Below are positions 1-14,764 of a DNA stretch of 64,000 nucleotides, piece by piece. Origin of the DNA: Geosiphon pyriformis uo1 (taxonomy: Eukaryota; Fungi; Glomeromycota); NCBI GenBank assembly GCA_016748015.1, contig JAAOMT010000525.1, positions 186,001-250,000 on the forward strand, written 5' to 3'. Under the pieces are notes generated by a model that searched no databases, was not told the DNA's origin, and was given only the letters and a program-made list of their open reading frames with translations. The position numbers were made by a program, and so were the translations under genes. Position 1 is the first letter of the stretch; each line of letters starts with the position of its first letter.

Positions 1-96
1 TAATTAGTATATCTCCCCAATTGCATTGTTTAAGCTTTTCAGTATAATTAGGAGTTCTTGACATTTGTGGAGTTGATGTGAATGATGATGCAGCTC

Positions 97-1250
97 CTAA
101 TGAAAGTTGAATCTTATTATCTGGAGAAAATTGTAAGATCTTTTTTCTGGCAAATGAAGGCGTTGCTTCTTTACTGATTGTGTAACGTTTTTTTGGGTAT
201 TTAGACGGGTGTTTCTAATTTTTGCTGATTTCTTTGCGATTAATTTCTGAGTTGTGAATGCATTCTTTGGTGTTCTTTGTGAATATTGAGTAATTTTTGT
301 TGGCATATTGCTCAATTTTGCGATGAATTTGAACAATAGTTGCAGCTACTGCTGTTGTTTCTTTTGTAGTAAATTGAGATAATTCTCTATATAATTGATG
401 TTTCGCGTTGTGTGATTCTTCTTCCCTTCCTATGTGATAATTTATTCTGGCATTAATGTAATAGGTAAGGGCGTTTTCAGCTGGACAACACTCTTCTGGT
501 AGTATAAAATTACTTTGATGTTGTAAATAAAAGGCACAGCAGAATTCAAAAACAGTGAGATTAAGAGTTTTTGTTACCACCTTGGTTTTCCTTCTTTTTA
601 GCAGTGAATTATTGCTAATTATTAGTTTTCTTTAATTTCTTTTCCTCGTAGGGTTCACCAAATATTATGGAATAGTTTTCTTGGTATATTTAAATGTTAA
701 TATCCCGTTTTAATTGCAATCAGTCTCTCATGAGTTTCTCAATTCTATTTGTGTAATAATGTTGATATTTATACTAAAAGCTTTCTTTTGATGTTGTAAT
801 GTAAGTTATTTCTCAATTCTGATTGTTGTGTATGTTTATATATTCCTTCCCAGAAACTAATCCAAAAATCTATTCACAGTAGTGGAGTCTTCTCTGAGAC
901 TATTTTTGCAATTGCCTAGAGTGTTTTTCTAATCTAGAAACATAGAATGTTAATGGCTTTTAGTGCTTTTCTTAATTCTCACAATAAAGCTTTTATCAAT
1001 TAATAACAACATAAATAATCTTGATCAGAGATTATTCTTTCAAGAGATTCAGCTAATGAATAATAATTTCATTCAATAAATGACACAAGTAAGTTTTTTA
1101 ACACTCTGAAATAATTCAGTTTTCAATATATTTTTTTATTTCTTTTTGATTAAAGATTTCTTTGGATATTTATTTCAAAAGTAAAGACTAAAAGATAATT
1201 AATGTGGAAACTATTGAATAAATTGTTAGATAAATTGTTGAATGACTTGT
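97..1250 (-). mobile_element. Degenerate, probably retroelement-derived coding remnant
   Basis: Overlapping broken ORFs 215..580 and 97..336 (ENALTYYINARINYHIGREEESHNAK...) with protein-like composition, interrupted by stops/frameshift and embedded in TE-decayed DNA. The family assignment is inference. Confidence 0.35.
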
Positions 1251-1276
1251 TGTTTTTCTTAATATTAAAGCTACTA

Positions 1277-1882
1277 CAGAGGGTGTCCAAAAGTGTCCGA
1301 ACAAACTTTGGAGTAACATTCCACATGCTTGAATAATTAGAAAAGCACGAGTTTATTACTAAATTAAGTTAGTTAATTATTTAATTACGAGTTTTTTATT
1401 TTTTAAACACGCGTGTATAATGTTTTTTCGCGACGCGCATAATCGATTTTATTCATACTCGTTTTTTTATAAAAATGAAATGTAACGCGCATATAAGATT
1501 TTTTCGTCGTTTTTATTAAAACGAAATGGGAGTAAAAAAAGAATTAACGATTGCTCAACGTAATACTATATGCTTATTACAACAGCATGGCAAGAAATAT
1601 CGTGATATTGCCAACATAGTCAATCGCAGCTTGACAACAGTTTCGGATACAATAAAACGATTTAAAGAAACTGGTTAAATTGATTCAAGACCTCTTTCAG
1701 GACGTCCACGTTTATTTACTCACCAAAAATATCGCCGACTTAAACGTTTAGTAACACTTAATGGAAAAATTTAGAAAATTACTATAAAATTATAAATATG
1801 TTGTTTATTTTGTTTTATTTTATAAAAAAATAAATATTATTGTTAAATAAAATCTTGTTCGGAAACTTTTGGACACCCTCTG
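1277..1882 (+). mobile_element. Internally deleted (non-autonomous) Tc1/mariner DNA transposon
   Basis: 27-bp TIRs with one mismatch (cagagggtgtccaaaagtgtccgaaca from 1277; reverse complement ending 1882), flanked by TA at 1275-76 and 1883-84. The frame from ATG 1526 reads MGVKKELTIAQRNTICLLQQHGKKYRDIANIVNRSLTTVSDTIKRFKETG*IDSRPLSGRPRL, a Tc1 N-terminal HTH plus GRPR motif. The DDE domain is missing. Confidence 0.92.
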
Positions 1883-4719
1883 TATATATATATATGTTTG
1901 CAGCTCTATGAAAAAACACATTGTAATACTTTCTTTTTGATATCTCAACCTGATGTTTGCTGTTATTACCAGTTGGTATTGGCCACTATTATGAGATGGT
2001 AACGACTATATTAATCATTATCTTTCTAAGATTATTACTGTACTATATTATGATTGGATAATTTATATTATTATTATAATTTTTTTGCTAAATTCTTAAA
2101 CTGTAATAGTGGTTTGATTGAATAATTACAAAATAGTAAACAATACAATCATATTTTAGTATATGTAAAAGTTTTTTTAGAAGTGTTTGAAGTTAGAATT
2201 ATTATAAAACACATAAATATAAGTTTTTCAAATCTTTTATTTTTTTTTCTGCTAATAAAACTTACTAAAAAACTTTTTTTATAATAAAATTTCTTAAAAC
2301 TCACTTCAAACTTATTATTGTACATGCTTTTTTCTGCTCTTATATTGTTAAAACTATGCTTTATTATTATGTATTTCTTTGTTGTTATTATTCTTGTTTT
2401 TTTTGTTACTAAAACTAAACTTATAACTATATTATGTTTTTTTTTGTTATTTTTACTTAAAACACTTTTATTATTATATTGAACTTTCATAAATATTATT
2501 TTAATATTACCAAATTATTTAAACTTTTTATTAAAGATTTAATTATAATTAGATACTTGTTAACAACTTTTGAATCAGATTTAATAAAAATAAGCAATTA
2601 AATAATAATGAATAGAAAATATATGTTTATTAATTTTTTAAACTTCAAAAATCAAGTAGACATAAAAATAATATTCTTTTTGAAAATCTTTACATAACTT
2701 AAAAGTAACTTTTTATTAATTACAAAGCTAGAATAAAAATAACTTGGTTTGTTATAATAATAAAAATTCGAATTAAAAGAGTAGAAAACATTCCTAATTA
2801 TAATCATGCCTTTGATAAATGTTATATGTAAAAATAATCAAAATTTGTTAAAAAAATTGTTGTCAAAAAAGCATTCAAATCACAAATAATTGCCAATATT
2901 GTTTAAAAAAAAATTGAATAATTATATAAAAACTCGAGTATTAAGTATCTAAAAACTAACGAAATTTTTAATATTAAACACAATTTTATTGGTAAATTTA
3001 ATTTAAAAATTAATATTCTTAGTATTAATAAGTTTCTAATTGAAAAAAATTATCAAGTAAAATAATTTATTATTTAAAAATCTTGTCAAGATTTTTGTTT
3101 TACAACTTTAAAACAATCTGTAAATTTAATATATTATGGATAGCTAACTCTAATTAATTCTATTCATAATATTAATAAATATAATTAGTACTTGTTTACT
3201 ATATATATTAATAATAACAGTAAATATTAAAATGTTGATAATATTTTTTTGTTAATAAAAAAACAGTAAAACAGTTACAACAAGATTAAATATTTTTTTT
3301 TATTGAATTTTATAATATATGCTCCTTAATTAAAATAGTATTAAAGCAAACAGTATTACAACTACTTTTCTGGTTTTTATAAAAAAAAACAAAAGTGTAA
3401 TGTTATTTTTTGTATAGTATATGTTGTTTAAACATAGATTAAAAACATTTATTATAATTCAATTTTTAATAAGATAATATAAACAATACACAAAACAGCT
3501 TAAATTGGCTATATAAATACTATTCAAAATATTATAACTAACTGCAATTTAAGTAAATACAAAATATATTTTAAAAAAGTACTTAAATAATTCTAATAAA
3601 CAGACACTTTGAATTTAACAATATTTATCTTATCTTTTTTAAGTAATTTTAACAAACTCTTTTAAGTTTTATTATAGTAAACTTAAAATAAAAACTTTTC
3701 ATATATATAGTTTTATTAATAAAATTTATATTGCTGTTTTTTATAATCAATTTTTTGAATTCAGAATTTTCATTAAATATTATATTTTTTTAATTGTTTT
3801 TATTACTTTTTTATTTATATTTTAATTATTTTATTAATTATTACGTTTATTAATTGCTATTATTTTTTTTATTGTAAGTACATATCATATAATTTTGGAA
3901 GTTAATACCAAGAAAAAGACTATTACAAAAAAAGTTGTTTTTAATTTTTACACTAAAACAATCTCTATTGCCAATTTAAGTTCAAAGATTCTTATTAAAA
4001 TTTACAAGTTTTTTTTTGTTTAAAAACTTATTTTAAAAGAGATACATGCTGTTTTAAAAAGATTGCAAAAAGAAAAAAAGTGGCAAACTTTTATTTGCAA
4101 AATGTAATTACAAGTTTTTTTTACTAATATATGCCTTTTTGTTATTATGTTTTTTATAAATAACTTTATAGTAATATTAATATTTTGATATTTAAGATAT
4201 AAAAGAGTTTTTAAAAACTTTTAAGAAAAGCATTTTGGTGATATATCAGATTTGTGGCTTAATAAAAGTATTTTAACATCAAAAAATTAATTGAAAATGA
4301 ATAAATTATTTAAAAAAACTAGAGATTATTATTATAATTTAGCAAATAAATAAAATACAGATAAAGTAAAAAAAAAACAATTAATAAGTTTTTTGACTAA
4401 TTTGTAATAATAAAATTAAATGTTTTTTTCGCCTATTTTTATATATTATTAATGTTAATTAGTAAGTTAATTTTGTTAACCAAAATTTATTATGTAAAAA
4501 TTAAAACTAATTTTACTAGTTTATGTTATGTGTTGTTAATTAAAAATAACTAATTATATAACTAATTTGTCTTGCTTTAAAAATCTCTTAAACTAAGCAT
4601 AAATTATGCTTTTTTTTACATATAATTAGCTACTTAAATTAGTTAAGATTATATTATATATTTATATTAACTGAAATTATATTATTTATGTTTAAAAAAA
4701 AATGAATATTTGTTATATA

Positions 4720-6800
4720 TTTTAAAACAAACTCCAAAAGTCTTATTAACTTCAAGCAATTTTATCACATTATCAGAAAAAAATAAGAATAAATTATTAA
4801 TAACAAATAATATAGAGTTATTATAGAATAACAAACTATTTTTTTTTTATAATTGTTTTATATTTTGTTTAAATCAACCAAATTTTATTCTAGTAAGCTA
4901 TTATAAGACTATAAACAAAATCTATAATTTTGCTAGCAATTAATTTAGAATTTTTAAAAACAGAAAATAACTCTTGAAATTAATCATTAAAAACAAAAAA
5001 CTTGTTAAAAACTTTATATAAAACATTATTAAAAATACATAAAAACAACAAATGTAATACATATAATATAAATTTTACAAATCAAATACTAATTTTTACA
5101 GCACAATATAAGATTTAAATACAAACTACAAAATTTATCTTATAAAAAAAAAATCAAAAAACTTAATATTATTACAAAAAAGACATAAAATATTAAAATA
5201 AAATTTTTTATACAATTGTTTACAAATAACAATAAGTAAATAATAATATAAAATCTTCATAAAATAGAGGTATAAACTAACAGTAAACTTGTTTATAAAA
5301 CTAGATAACATATAAGAATTTAAATACAAATTAAAAATAATTTAACCTAATTTTTATATCAAAATTAACTTTTTAATATATTTAATTTCCTGTTCTAAAA
5401 ACATTACAAATAAAATATTAAGCATTTTTAAAAACTATTATATTGCCAGTTTTTATAAATTTTTTTTAAACTTTAATTGGCAGCATTAATTTTAAAAAAA
5501 GCAGTGCTTGTCATTTTGCTAACTATTTTATTGCTTAATATACTTAAATATGGCTTGATTTTTAACTAAATAACACAAAGTTTTTAATCTTAATTAATAT
5601 TTAAAATATAATACTTTTTTAGTTAATAATATTGTAAAAATCTGGTAAAATTAAATCAAATTTAGAAATACAAATATCTAAAGTGATTTAACTATCTAAA
5701 TTAATTACATTACTAAAAAAAGTATATATTTTAAAGACAAAACAATAACTTGTAAATTGGCTAATATAGAAAAAATTATGTTATATATTCTAATATTAAT
5801 TATTAAGTTTAAATTATTAAAAAACACATTAATATTATTTTTCATATTTAAAAAACCCAAATTATACAAAAATCTATTAGTATAAATATTAACAATATTC
5901 AACTTAATTATATGTAAATCAGTTTTAACTAAAAAAAAATTCACTTAAATTAAAAATATTTAAAGACTGATTATTTATAATTAATAGTAATATAAAACAA
6001 TTATTCAACAAATTTTTTAAAAAATTGACTGTTAAACTAAACTAATTCAGCACTAAGCTTTTATAATTTAATTTTTTTAATTACACATATTTTTTTTTAT
6101 TATAAAACTGCTTAGCAAAAGTAATATCAAATTTCTTAAATAAGCAAAACATATTAACAAAGCTCAATTCACTTAAAACTAAAGACATTAAAATTTTATC
6201 TAATATACAAAAAACAGAAAACAAATTATTTGTAAAAAAAATATTATATTCTTTAAAAATTTTTATTATTTTAGCTAAAAAATTGTTTATTAATCTAATA
6301 TTTAAATAAACTGAAAATTGCAAAAAGTAATTTGAAAATTAACAAAAACTTATAAATTCAAAAATTTGTAATTGAAAAATTAACTAAAAATATTTTTTAT
6401 ATTTAAAAAATATATTATTAATACTATTTTATTCTTTGCTTGTATTTATTTAAAAGTCTTTAAACTATATAGTGAAGAATAGTAACTATATTATTTGGAA
6501 AATTTAATAGCAGACTAGTTTTTAACTTTAAGTTTTTCTAATCATAATATCTTATTTATTATATATATTCAAAAAACAAGACTAAATTATGTTTTATAAT
6601 TGACAATAAGTTGTAATATAGCAAAAACCAAATAAAATAATTGCTTATTTGAAACAGTTTTTTTAAAATTATATTGGCAAAAAACTTAATATTAAAGTGT
6701 GTTTTGGCCAGACTAAGTTTAAATAAATTATATAAAGATAAAAAAATATTTAAGTATTTATAAAATTCTTTTTTTGGTAATTAAAATAAATTAGTTATTA
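4720..6800 (-). mobile_element. AT-decayed copy of the LINE family (3' part of ORF2)
   Basis: ORF 5135..5329 ICKQLYKKFYFNILCLFCNNIKFFDFFF matches RKHLYDRRYPSVVCLFCGDVKTLDHVF of the intact copy. Around 4725-4780 the minus strand reads FSDNVIKLLEVNKTFGVCF versus FSAGVVKLLGVAEAFGVGF. Ends are approximate. Confidence 0.8.
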
Positions 6801-7132
6801 ATCAACAATAAAAAACATTAATTCTGTAATTATTAAAAATAGTTACTGTTTTGTTATTATTAATTAGAATATTATTAATCTGAAAAATCTTTGATAATTT
6901 TTAATTTTTTAAATTATTTATTTAAGTTATTATTATTAAATAATAACTAAAATTTTTTAAATATAAAAAATTTAATATAATTTATATTAAATTAATATAA
7001 ATGTTTTAATTAACAAATAAATTAATATTAATAATAATTTAAAAATAATTAATTTTTGATTTTATTAAAATTATGTGTAATTAATTTAATTGTGGTTTTT
7101 TATTATAAATAATAAATTTTATAATATATATA

Positions 7133-10100
7133 TAATGATTCAGGCTCAATTATATTTCTAATTTTATAATATTTCGGATTTTAAGTATAGTCGTAAATTC
7201 AGATTCTTAATTTTATAAATAGTCTGTAATTTTGTAAATAGTTCTTAATTTTAATTTTAATATATAAAGGCTTAAAACTCCAATACTTAAAACTTTTTTA
7301 ACAATATTAATACTATTGTAATCAAAAAAATTCTAGTATAATTTACTCATAAACAAATATTTGTACATAATTATTAGGATAAAAAAGTATATTATTGCAA
7401 AAAAAAATTTCAAAAAAAAACTAAAATTTTAACATGTCTAATTAGAAACAAGTATCAAAACAAGTATCAGAACAAATATCAAGTTTTTCTATATAACTTA
7501 ATAAAAAAAATAAAAAAAAAAGTGTCAGACCAAAGTTTATAGTCTGAAAAACATATATTAAACAAAGACAACAAATATTAAAAGAGTATTATAATACTAC
7601 TTACAACTTTTGTGACAAGTTTTGGTATAAAAAATTACTAGAAAAATGTGAAAATTATTTAGCAAATTTTTGTCAAAAAGTTTTAATTAATACTCGAGAT
7701 TTTTTTTTTAATTGTCTAACTATTCAAACTATTGACAATAATTCACAAAAATTTCCTAAAACCAAATGTAAATTCAATAATTATTCTGTCTAATCCCAAA
7801 CTTCCAAAAATCAAGCCAAGTCATAGATTTTATTGAAAGTACAAAATTGACTGAAAGAAGAACTAACAAAATAAATTATGTGCTTATTAAAGCTTTTGTG
7901 GTTTGTGGAATCCTATAGCAGACTATTGAAAATTCATTTTTTATTATTTTTCTTAAAACACTCTGATCAGAATATATACTACTCTTAAAAAATACTTTAT
8001 CTGAACAGTTTTTGGCTCAAAAATTGGCAGTAGTAAATTAACAAGTTATTAAAAAACTAGAAAGTTAAAAAAATTTAATATTATATAAGTTATTTATTTA
8101 GAAGCTTGAACAATAATAAATTGATATTAATATTACTAGTTTTTATGAATTTTTTTGGTTATTTTTATTTAAGCTTGTGATAAATAGACTAATTCTTTGA
8201 ACAAATCAATTTAGAATTTTGTAATTCATACTTCAAACTATCATAAATATTTTTGGAGTCTTAAGAACTTAATCAAAAAAAGTCATACTCAAAATTTATT
8301 AGCCCAAAAACTAAAGCATATAATTGAAACCATTGGACTAAGTAAGTTTTCTGCTATAGTTACTGATATAAAAGCTAATATACAAATTGCATAATATATA
8401 GTAACTATAAAATACAAACACATAATTAACACAAAATGTATTGCATATGTAATAAATTTTATTTTCAAAGACATATATAAGCACAGTAGTTAATTATTTC
8501 AAAAATAGTCATCAACCTGGTAAGAATACATTCTTATTTATTTTTCAAATTAATAATACTTACTATTATATAATAGATTAAAAATTGAGAGATTTGGCCA
8601 AGAAAATTTAAGTTAAAGAGAGTGGTTTGAAATGATAAGTTAAAATTTAATGGCATACTATATATGACTGTGCAAATTTAGTTTTGTGCTATAAAATTTC
8701 TTTGGATATCATAAATATTAATACTTAATATGATTTTTAAAGTAAGTTTATTTTTTAATACTTACTTTCTATTTTAGATGTGTTATAATTTCTCAGACTT
8801 ACTTTTATTCTCTTTCTTGGATGCTTTAAAAAGTCATGCTTTTTTTAATGACTTGCATACACTATTCTTTACCTTATATTCTCTCAAAAAAGCAATTGCT
8901 AATCTGAAATCCCATAATTGTTTACTCTTAAACTGTTTTATAAGACTGGTTCAATTAAATGCCACTATTAAGAAATTATCTGTTACAAATTATTGTATAT
9001 TTCAGCAGCAATTAATTGTTATATTTAACAAATAATTTGAAGAGTTTAATAATAAAGTCTATTTTTTATGTTTTTTTTTACATCTGAATTATAAAGATAA
9101 GGTTTTTTTATTTACATTTTTTTCTATTATATATTATCATTCTAATATATTATTTTATTTTACAGAAATAGTTTTTGCTCAGAGCATTTTTCATAATATT
9201 GTACTTGCTGCCAACAATTTTTTTAAAAAAATGAGCAAACAATATTATTTTATAAAGAATTAATGATTCAAATATGTGTTTATTGTAAAAAACTCTTACT
9301 GTTTGATGTTTGTTTTTAAGATAATAAATTTTCATAACTTTGGTGGTCATTTATTAAAGATTGTTTTGCCAAAGATAAGAATCATATATGTTAGCTTACA
9401 ATAAACTTTTTGCAATCATTTCCAATATAGCAGCACATAAAAAAATTTGGTTAATGTTTAGATAGTATTATAAAAAATGTTAAGTTTAATTTACTCTAAA
9501 CAAAATTAAAAGTATGCAAAAATTAGCTGTGTTTTATATCTCTAATATTAAAAAAGAACTATATTATTATAGCATTGACAAAACCACTAGTGAACTGTGA
9601 AAAATAATTAATAAAGCCAAAATATTCAATAATAATAATGACAAAGATATCATATCTGAACCCAGAAATCCTAATATTGATTAAAGTCACATTAGTAAGA
9701 AGAAAATATAAGAGAAGAAAAATTTTACATTAGAAAGATAGATAAATTTGAATGCAAAAGAATTTACATCAGATTTTGGTGAATTTATTGAAAAAAATAG
9801 TAAAAATGAGAGAAAAATGATGGTTCAAATGGTGATTGATAACACAAATTTAGATGATGAGAAATGGAATCCAAAAAAGACTGTAAATTAATATATAAAG
9901 AAGTAATTAAAAACAATTAAAGAACAATTTAGTAGAAATAATAATAAAGTGTCTTTTACTATAAATTCTTAACAATTTTTATCACAATATACTATTTAAA
10001 CTTAATAGGAATGGAATTAACATTATCTAATAACTTTGCAATATTACAGATATTATTTAGACTTATCAAATTGTCTAATAAAAAAAACATTTTTTTGCTA

Positions 10101-10829
10101 CAATGGCTTTTTAACTTTACAATTTACATTATAAACACCTAGATTTAGATTGGTATTGTCCAATAGCTTTCCGACTTTACTACTAATATAGTATTATAAA
10201 ATTAGTTTTAATCAAGAATAAAATAATGTTATTCAATAAAAAACTCTTTTTGTCGCAATGATGATCTGGCAAGCAAATTTTTTGCCAAGTTTCGACTAAA
10301 GAAAATAATGTTAGTATAATCATAAAATTGTTTTAATTGCAAGTAACATCTAGACTTACCAAGAATAGGTAATGTTGTCCAATAAAAACTTCTCTCATTT
10401 TTTACTATCATTAATATAATTTAACACTATAAAATTAGTAAAGTAGATTTAATAACTTTCCAATTTTATAAGTTTTATTGGAAGTGAATTAATATTATCT
10501 GATAAAAATATTTTTTTGTCACAATGACTTTTTGACTTTATTACTTATATTACAAGTACTAGTAATAAAAAACTTTTTTTGCCATAATGGCTTTTTGACT
10601 TATACTAGCATTATAAAATTGGTTTTTGATAGGTAGTATCATTTAATAAAAATTTTTTTTTCACAATAATAATTTGACATACTGAGTTTTAATTATAAAA
10701 ATAATTTTAAATATTTCGGCAATTGAAAATTTATAGAATTATGGTTTTTTGTCTTGTTGTTCTAAATTTATTTAGGACTATTTTAATTTGGATTTCAGGC
10801 TAAATATTTCGGTTTAGCCCAAATTACTA
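7133..10829 (+). mobile_element. Decayed hAT-superfamily DNA transposon
   Basis: Left end taatgattcaggctcaatt and reverse-complemented right end tagtaatttgggctaaacc can both be derived from TAGTGATTCGGGCT.AACC by transitions. The 8-bp flanks are tatatata/tataaata. Transposase remnants include KAFVVCGI..IENSFF (~7890), IETIGLSKFSAIVTD..ANIQIA (~8320), KCIAYVINFIFKDI (~8430) and AFFNDL (~8840). Confidence 0.75.
10075..10680. repeat. Subterminal imperfect direct repeats of the hAT element
   Basis: An approximately 40-bp unit resembling aataaaaa..tttttttg(t/c)c(a/g)caatg(g/a)ctttttgactt recurs near 10078, 10235, 10502, 10564 and 10645. Confidence 0.65.
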
Positions 10830-11129
10830 TATAAATATATATATTAATAATAATAAACTTAATTATTATATAGTTTTTAATATTGTTATAATTTTAATTA
10901 TAATAAAATAACTTTTTTTTCATATTTTTATAATAACAACTAGAGCAAAAAGTAAAAAATTTGCAACTTTTTTATTTTTTAAAACAACTAATAATATTTT
11001 TATTAATAAAATATTTACAACTATAGAAACTGTTTAATAATATTCTATAAGAACACTTTTTTTAAATAAAATAATAATTAATTATTTATTAATTTAAGAA
11101 TATTTTTTATCTTTAAATAAAAGTTTTTT

Positions 11130-12688
11130 TTGTCTTAAATTTCTTTAAAAAAGTTCATTTGAAATAGTTTTATGTGATTTTTGTCTTTTTTAGAGCTTTA
11201 AAAGTATTTAATAAGAAGCTAGCAATTAAGTTATATTTTTTTTTATTGTTGCTTAAATAGCCAAAAAAACCAAAATAGTTAAAAACAACTTTTTAAATTT
11301 TCTGTTATATTAAATAGCAATCTTTTTAAAATATTTAAAAATTTTTTTTCTGGTATTTTTGGTATTAGTTTTTTGTCTTAAAGCCAATTTTTTTATTTAT
11401 TTTTGTTATTTTGCCAATTTTGTATTATTTGTATCAATTATAATACTTAATTATATTATAGCTGAAAATAAAAATATGTTTGCTAATTTTAATTTGAATT
11501 AGCTTTTGATTATATTATTTAATATATTAATCTTTAACCAATTTTTTGCATATGTTTTTAATTAATAAATTTAATAAAAAACAAAAATTTTCTTAATTGA
11601 ATTAAGATTAAAAACCATTTAAAATGTTTTAAGCAATATTAAAATAGATTAAATAAAAAGTGAAACTGTATACTCTTCCTTTTTTTTGCCAAGTAAAATT
11701 TTTAAACAGTTTATTATAACTGAAAATACAGTTGTTTCTGGCAATACTTATTACTTTATCTACAATTTATATAAATTTATATATTGTGTTTAATAAAAAA
11801 ATGGTTTTGGTTGAAATGTGTTACCAAATAATTTAATTTAAAAAATGAATTGGCTGTTTACTACAAAGATATAATATTTTAATTTACATATGTTTTCTGA
11901 TTTTATTAGCATAAAGTCTGCTAATTTACACATATATTTAATAAAAGTTGTATATTGCTGTTTGCTAATAGCTATCAAAAAAAAACTATATAATAAGAGA
12001 TATTTTAGGGTATTGTGTTTGTTATATAATAAAATAGAGCTCTTGAATTATGTTTTTATTTGCTCTAAAAATATTAAAATTAATGAAAAGATACTGACAG
12101 AGTTCTTTAATATTTAGATATTTTTAATAAAAATTTGTACTTCTATTTTATCTGTTGTACTAAAAACTCTTTCCAGATATTTATTTAATATAAATTTACA
12201 TACTATAATTTGTAAAAAATTTGTGCTAAAAAAAAAAGTTTTAAAGATTATAATGGTTTTTAAAGACAAAAAAAAATTTTGATAACTATAATTACATTTT
12301 TAGAATGATTAATAGAAAATTATCACTTAAAAATACAACTTAATAAGTCTAAATATAGTATAAATATAGGGAAAACCAGTCTAGTAGATAATAGTAATAT
12401 AATATTTGATTTAACTATTAATATAATGAATAATTTGTTAGATAATATAATTTATTTTCTTAAGTCAACTAATCTTTTTACAGTTAGTTTTAATAAGCAC
12501 AAGCCATACTTGTTTTTTTTTGGTTTAAATAATAATATAAAAATATATATAAATATATAATATTGTGTTATTTAGTCTAAATAGCTGGCTATATGTAGTA
12601 AATACATAAATCATGTTTAATTTAAATTACTTAATTTGATTTTGTATATTAGATAATAATTGGGTTTTACTTGTTAAAATAAAAAAAA
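11130..12688 (+). mobile_element. AT-decayed LINE copy (RNase H to 3' UTR and A-tail)
   Basis: ORF 11890..12117 KKKLYNKRYFRVLCLLYNKIELLNYVFIC matches the zinc-finger region. 12560-12688 aligns to the 3' UTR of the intact copy and ends tgggttttacttgttaaaataaaaaaa. The 5' end is approximate. Confidence 0.8.
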
Positions 12689-12763
12689 CTGTTTATTATA
12701 AATTGTATTATTTATTAAATAAACTTAAATATAAATTAATAAAAATAATATAAGTAAATTTAG

Positions 12764-12804
<41 letters not shown>

Positions 12805-14764
12805 CTAAAAAAACTTGATAAAAATAATTAATAATATAAAAGCAAAATTTATTTATCTAAAATAAAATATTATTAAAATAACAACTCAAAATAAAAAATT
12901 ATTTTAATTAAAATTATAATAATAATAAAAAAATTCTTTAATAAATATTCAAAAAAACCAAAAACTTTAAAAAACAGTAATAGTTATTTGTATTTGCTAT
13001 TATTATGCTAAATCTATTTATAGTTTTAAATAAAATCTTGAATAAAATTTTTTTAGCTATAATTAAATATAAATAGTAATAATAATAATATATTTTTTAA
13101 GATAAACCAAGATTAATTATTGGTTGTATTATTAAATATTGTGTTTTTTAATAAATTATTGTTAACTTTAAAAACAAAACAACCTATTAAGTTATTTAAT
13201 TTTAAGAATTAGATTAATTAAATAAAAACTGAATTAATCTTTCTTTATTTGTTTTTTAGTATTGTTTCTAATAATATTTAAAAAACAATTTTTAGTTATT
13301 AAAAATTTTTTAGATAAGTGGTTTTTACTCTAGTGTTTAGTATTATATTTAAAATAAAATTGGTTTTAGTTAATTTTTTGTTTTATTTACTATTTGATTT
13401 TATTAGACTCAAATTTATTTCAAAAAATAATATTAAATTATTTTATATAGACTTTGGTTCTAAGTTTTTTTTAGTTATTTTTATTAAAGTTGCTGTTAGT
13501 AATTTTTTTTGATTACATTAAAATTTAAAAAAAAATTTATAGTAGTTTCTGGGTTTTTTTTCTATTTTTGTTGTATTTTATAATATTTTTTTAGCATATT
13601 TTTTGATAATATTAAAAATGTTTTTAATAATTTTAGTGTTATTACTTTAGTTAAATTAAAGTTTATTAACTTGTAACTATATGTTATTATTTTAAAAACT
13701 TTTTTTTGCTGCTTTTGTTCTTAATAACTAATTTATATTAATTAAAAAAAATAATATTTGAATTTTTTTTTGTTTAATTAAAAAAATTTATTATTTTAAG
13801 AGAAAATTTCAAGACCAATTGGTTAATTTTTTCTTAATTATATTGTTTTTAAAATTTGTAATTTAAATTGGTAATTATATTTGTTTTATTTTTTATTTTT
13901 TTTATTTTTATTATTATTTATACTTTTTATTATTATTTTTAAATATTTAAAAATCTTAAATCTTTTTATTTTAAAAACTGATATTTTGTATAAAAATTGT
14001 ATTTAATAGAAAACTTTTAGTTATTATTATTATTACAATTATTAGAATTTGAATTATTTGGTTTTAAATTATAAAATATTTTTGATTTTTCTATTTAAAT
14101 CTATTGTTAAGTTTATTAGTAATTCTATTATTTTTGTTTATTTTTTTTGGCAAAAAATTTTATTCTAAAGCTATTGTTTTTGTGACTTTTTTTATGTTGT
14201 TTTTTTGGCTGTTTTTGTTGTTATTCTGAATTTAAATTTAGATTAAACTTTTTAAAATTTCAAATTATAGACTTGGCTAATTTGGTTAAATTTATTGTTA
14301 AATTAATTAGTTTTTTAATTATTTTAATTATTTTTTTTTATCTAAAAATATGCATAAAAATTACAAATTTAAAAAAAACTTGTTTTTTATATTAAATACT
14401 TTTAAAAATTTTGTTAATTTTTGGCTAATATGTTTAAAAAAATTTTTAATTTTAAAGCTTAAGTAAAATTTAATAATATAAATAAAAATAAAATTAGTGC
14501 TATTAAAATACATTTTTTAAATAAAAATATTTATAACTATATAATTACTTTATAATAATTAATTAATTTTAATATTAGATTTTATTTTTGATTTTTAAAA
14601 CTTGAATAATATTATAGAAAAACTTAATAAACTAAATTTATTTTTTGTATTTTTTAGTTCAGTTTAATAGAATCTTAACACAAATCCAAATAGCTAATTA
14701 TATACAAAAAACATATAATTCATACTTAATATAACTATATATGTTTTATAAATTGAATAATAAA

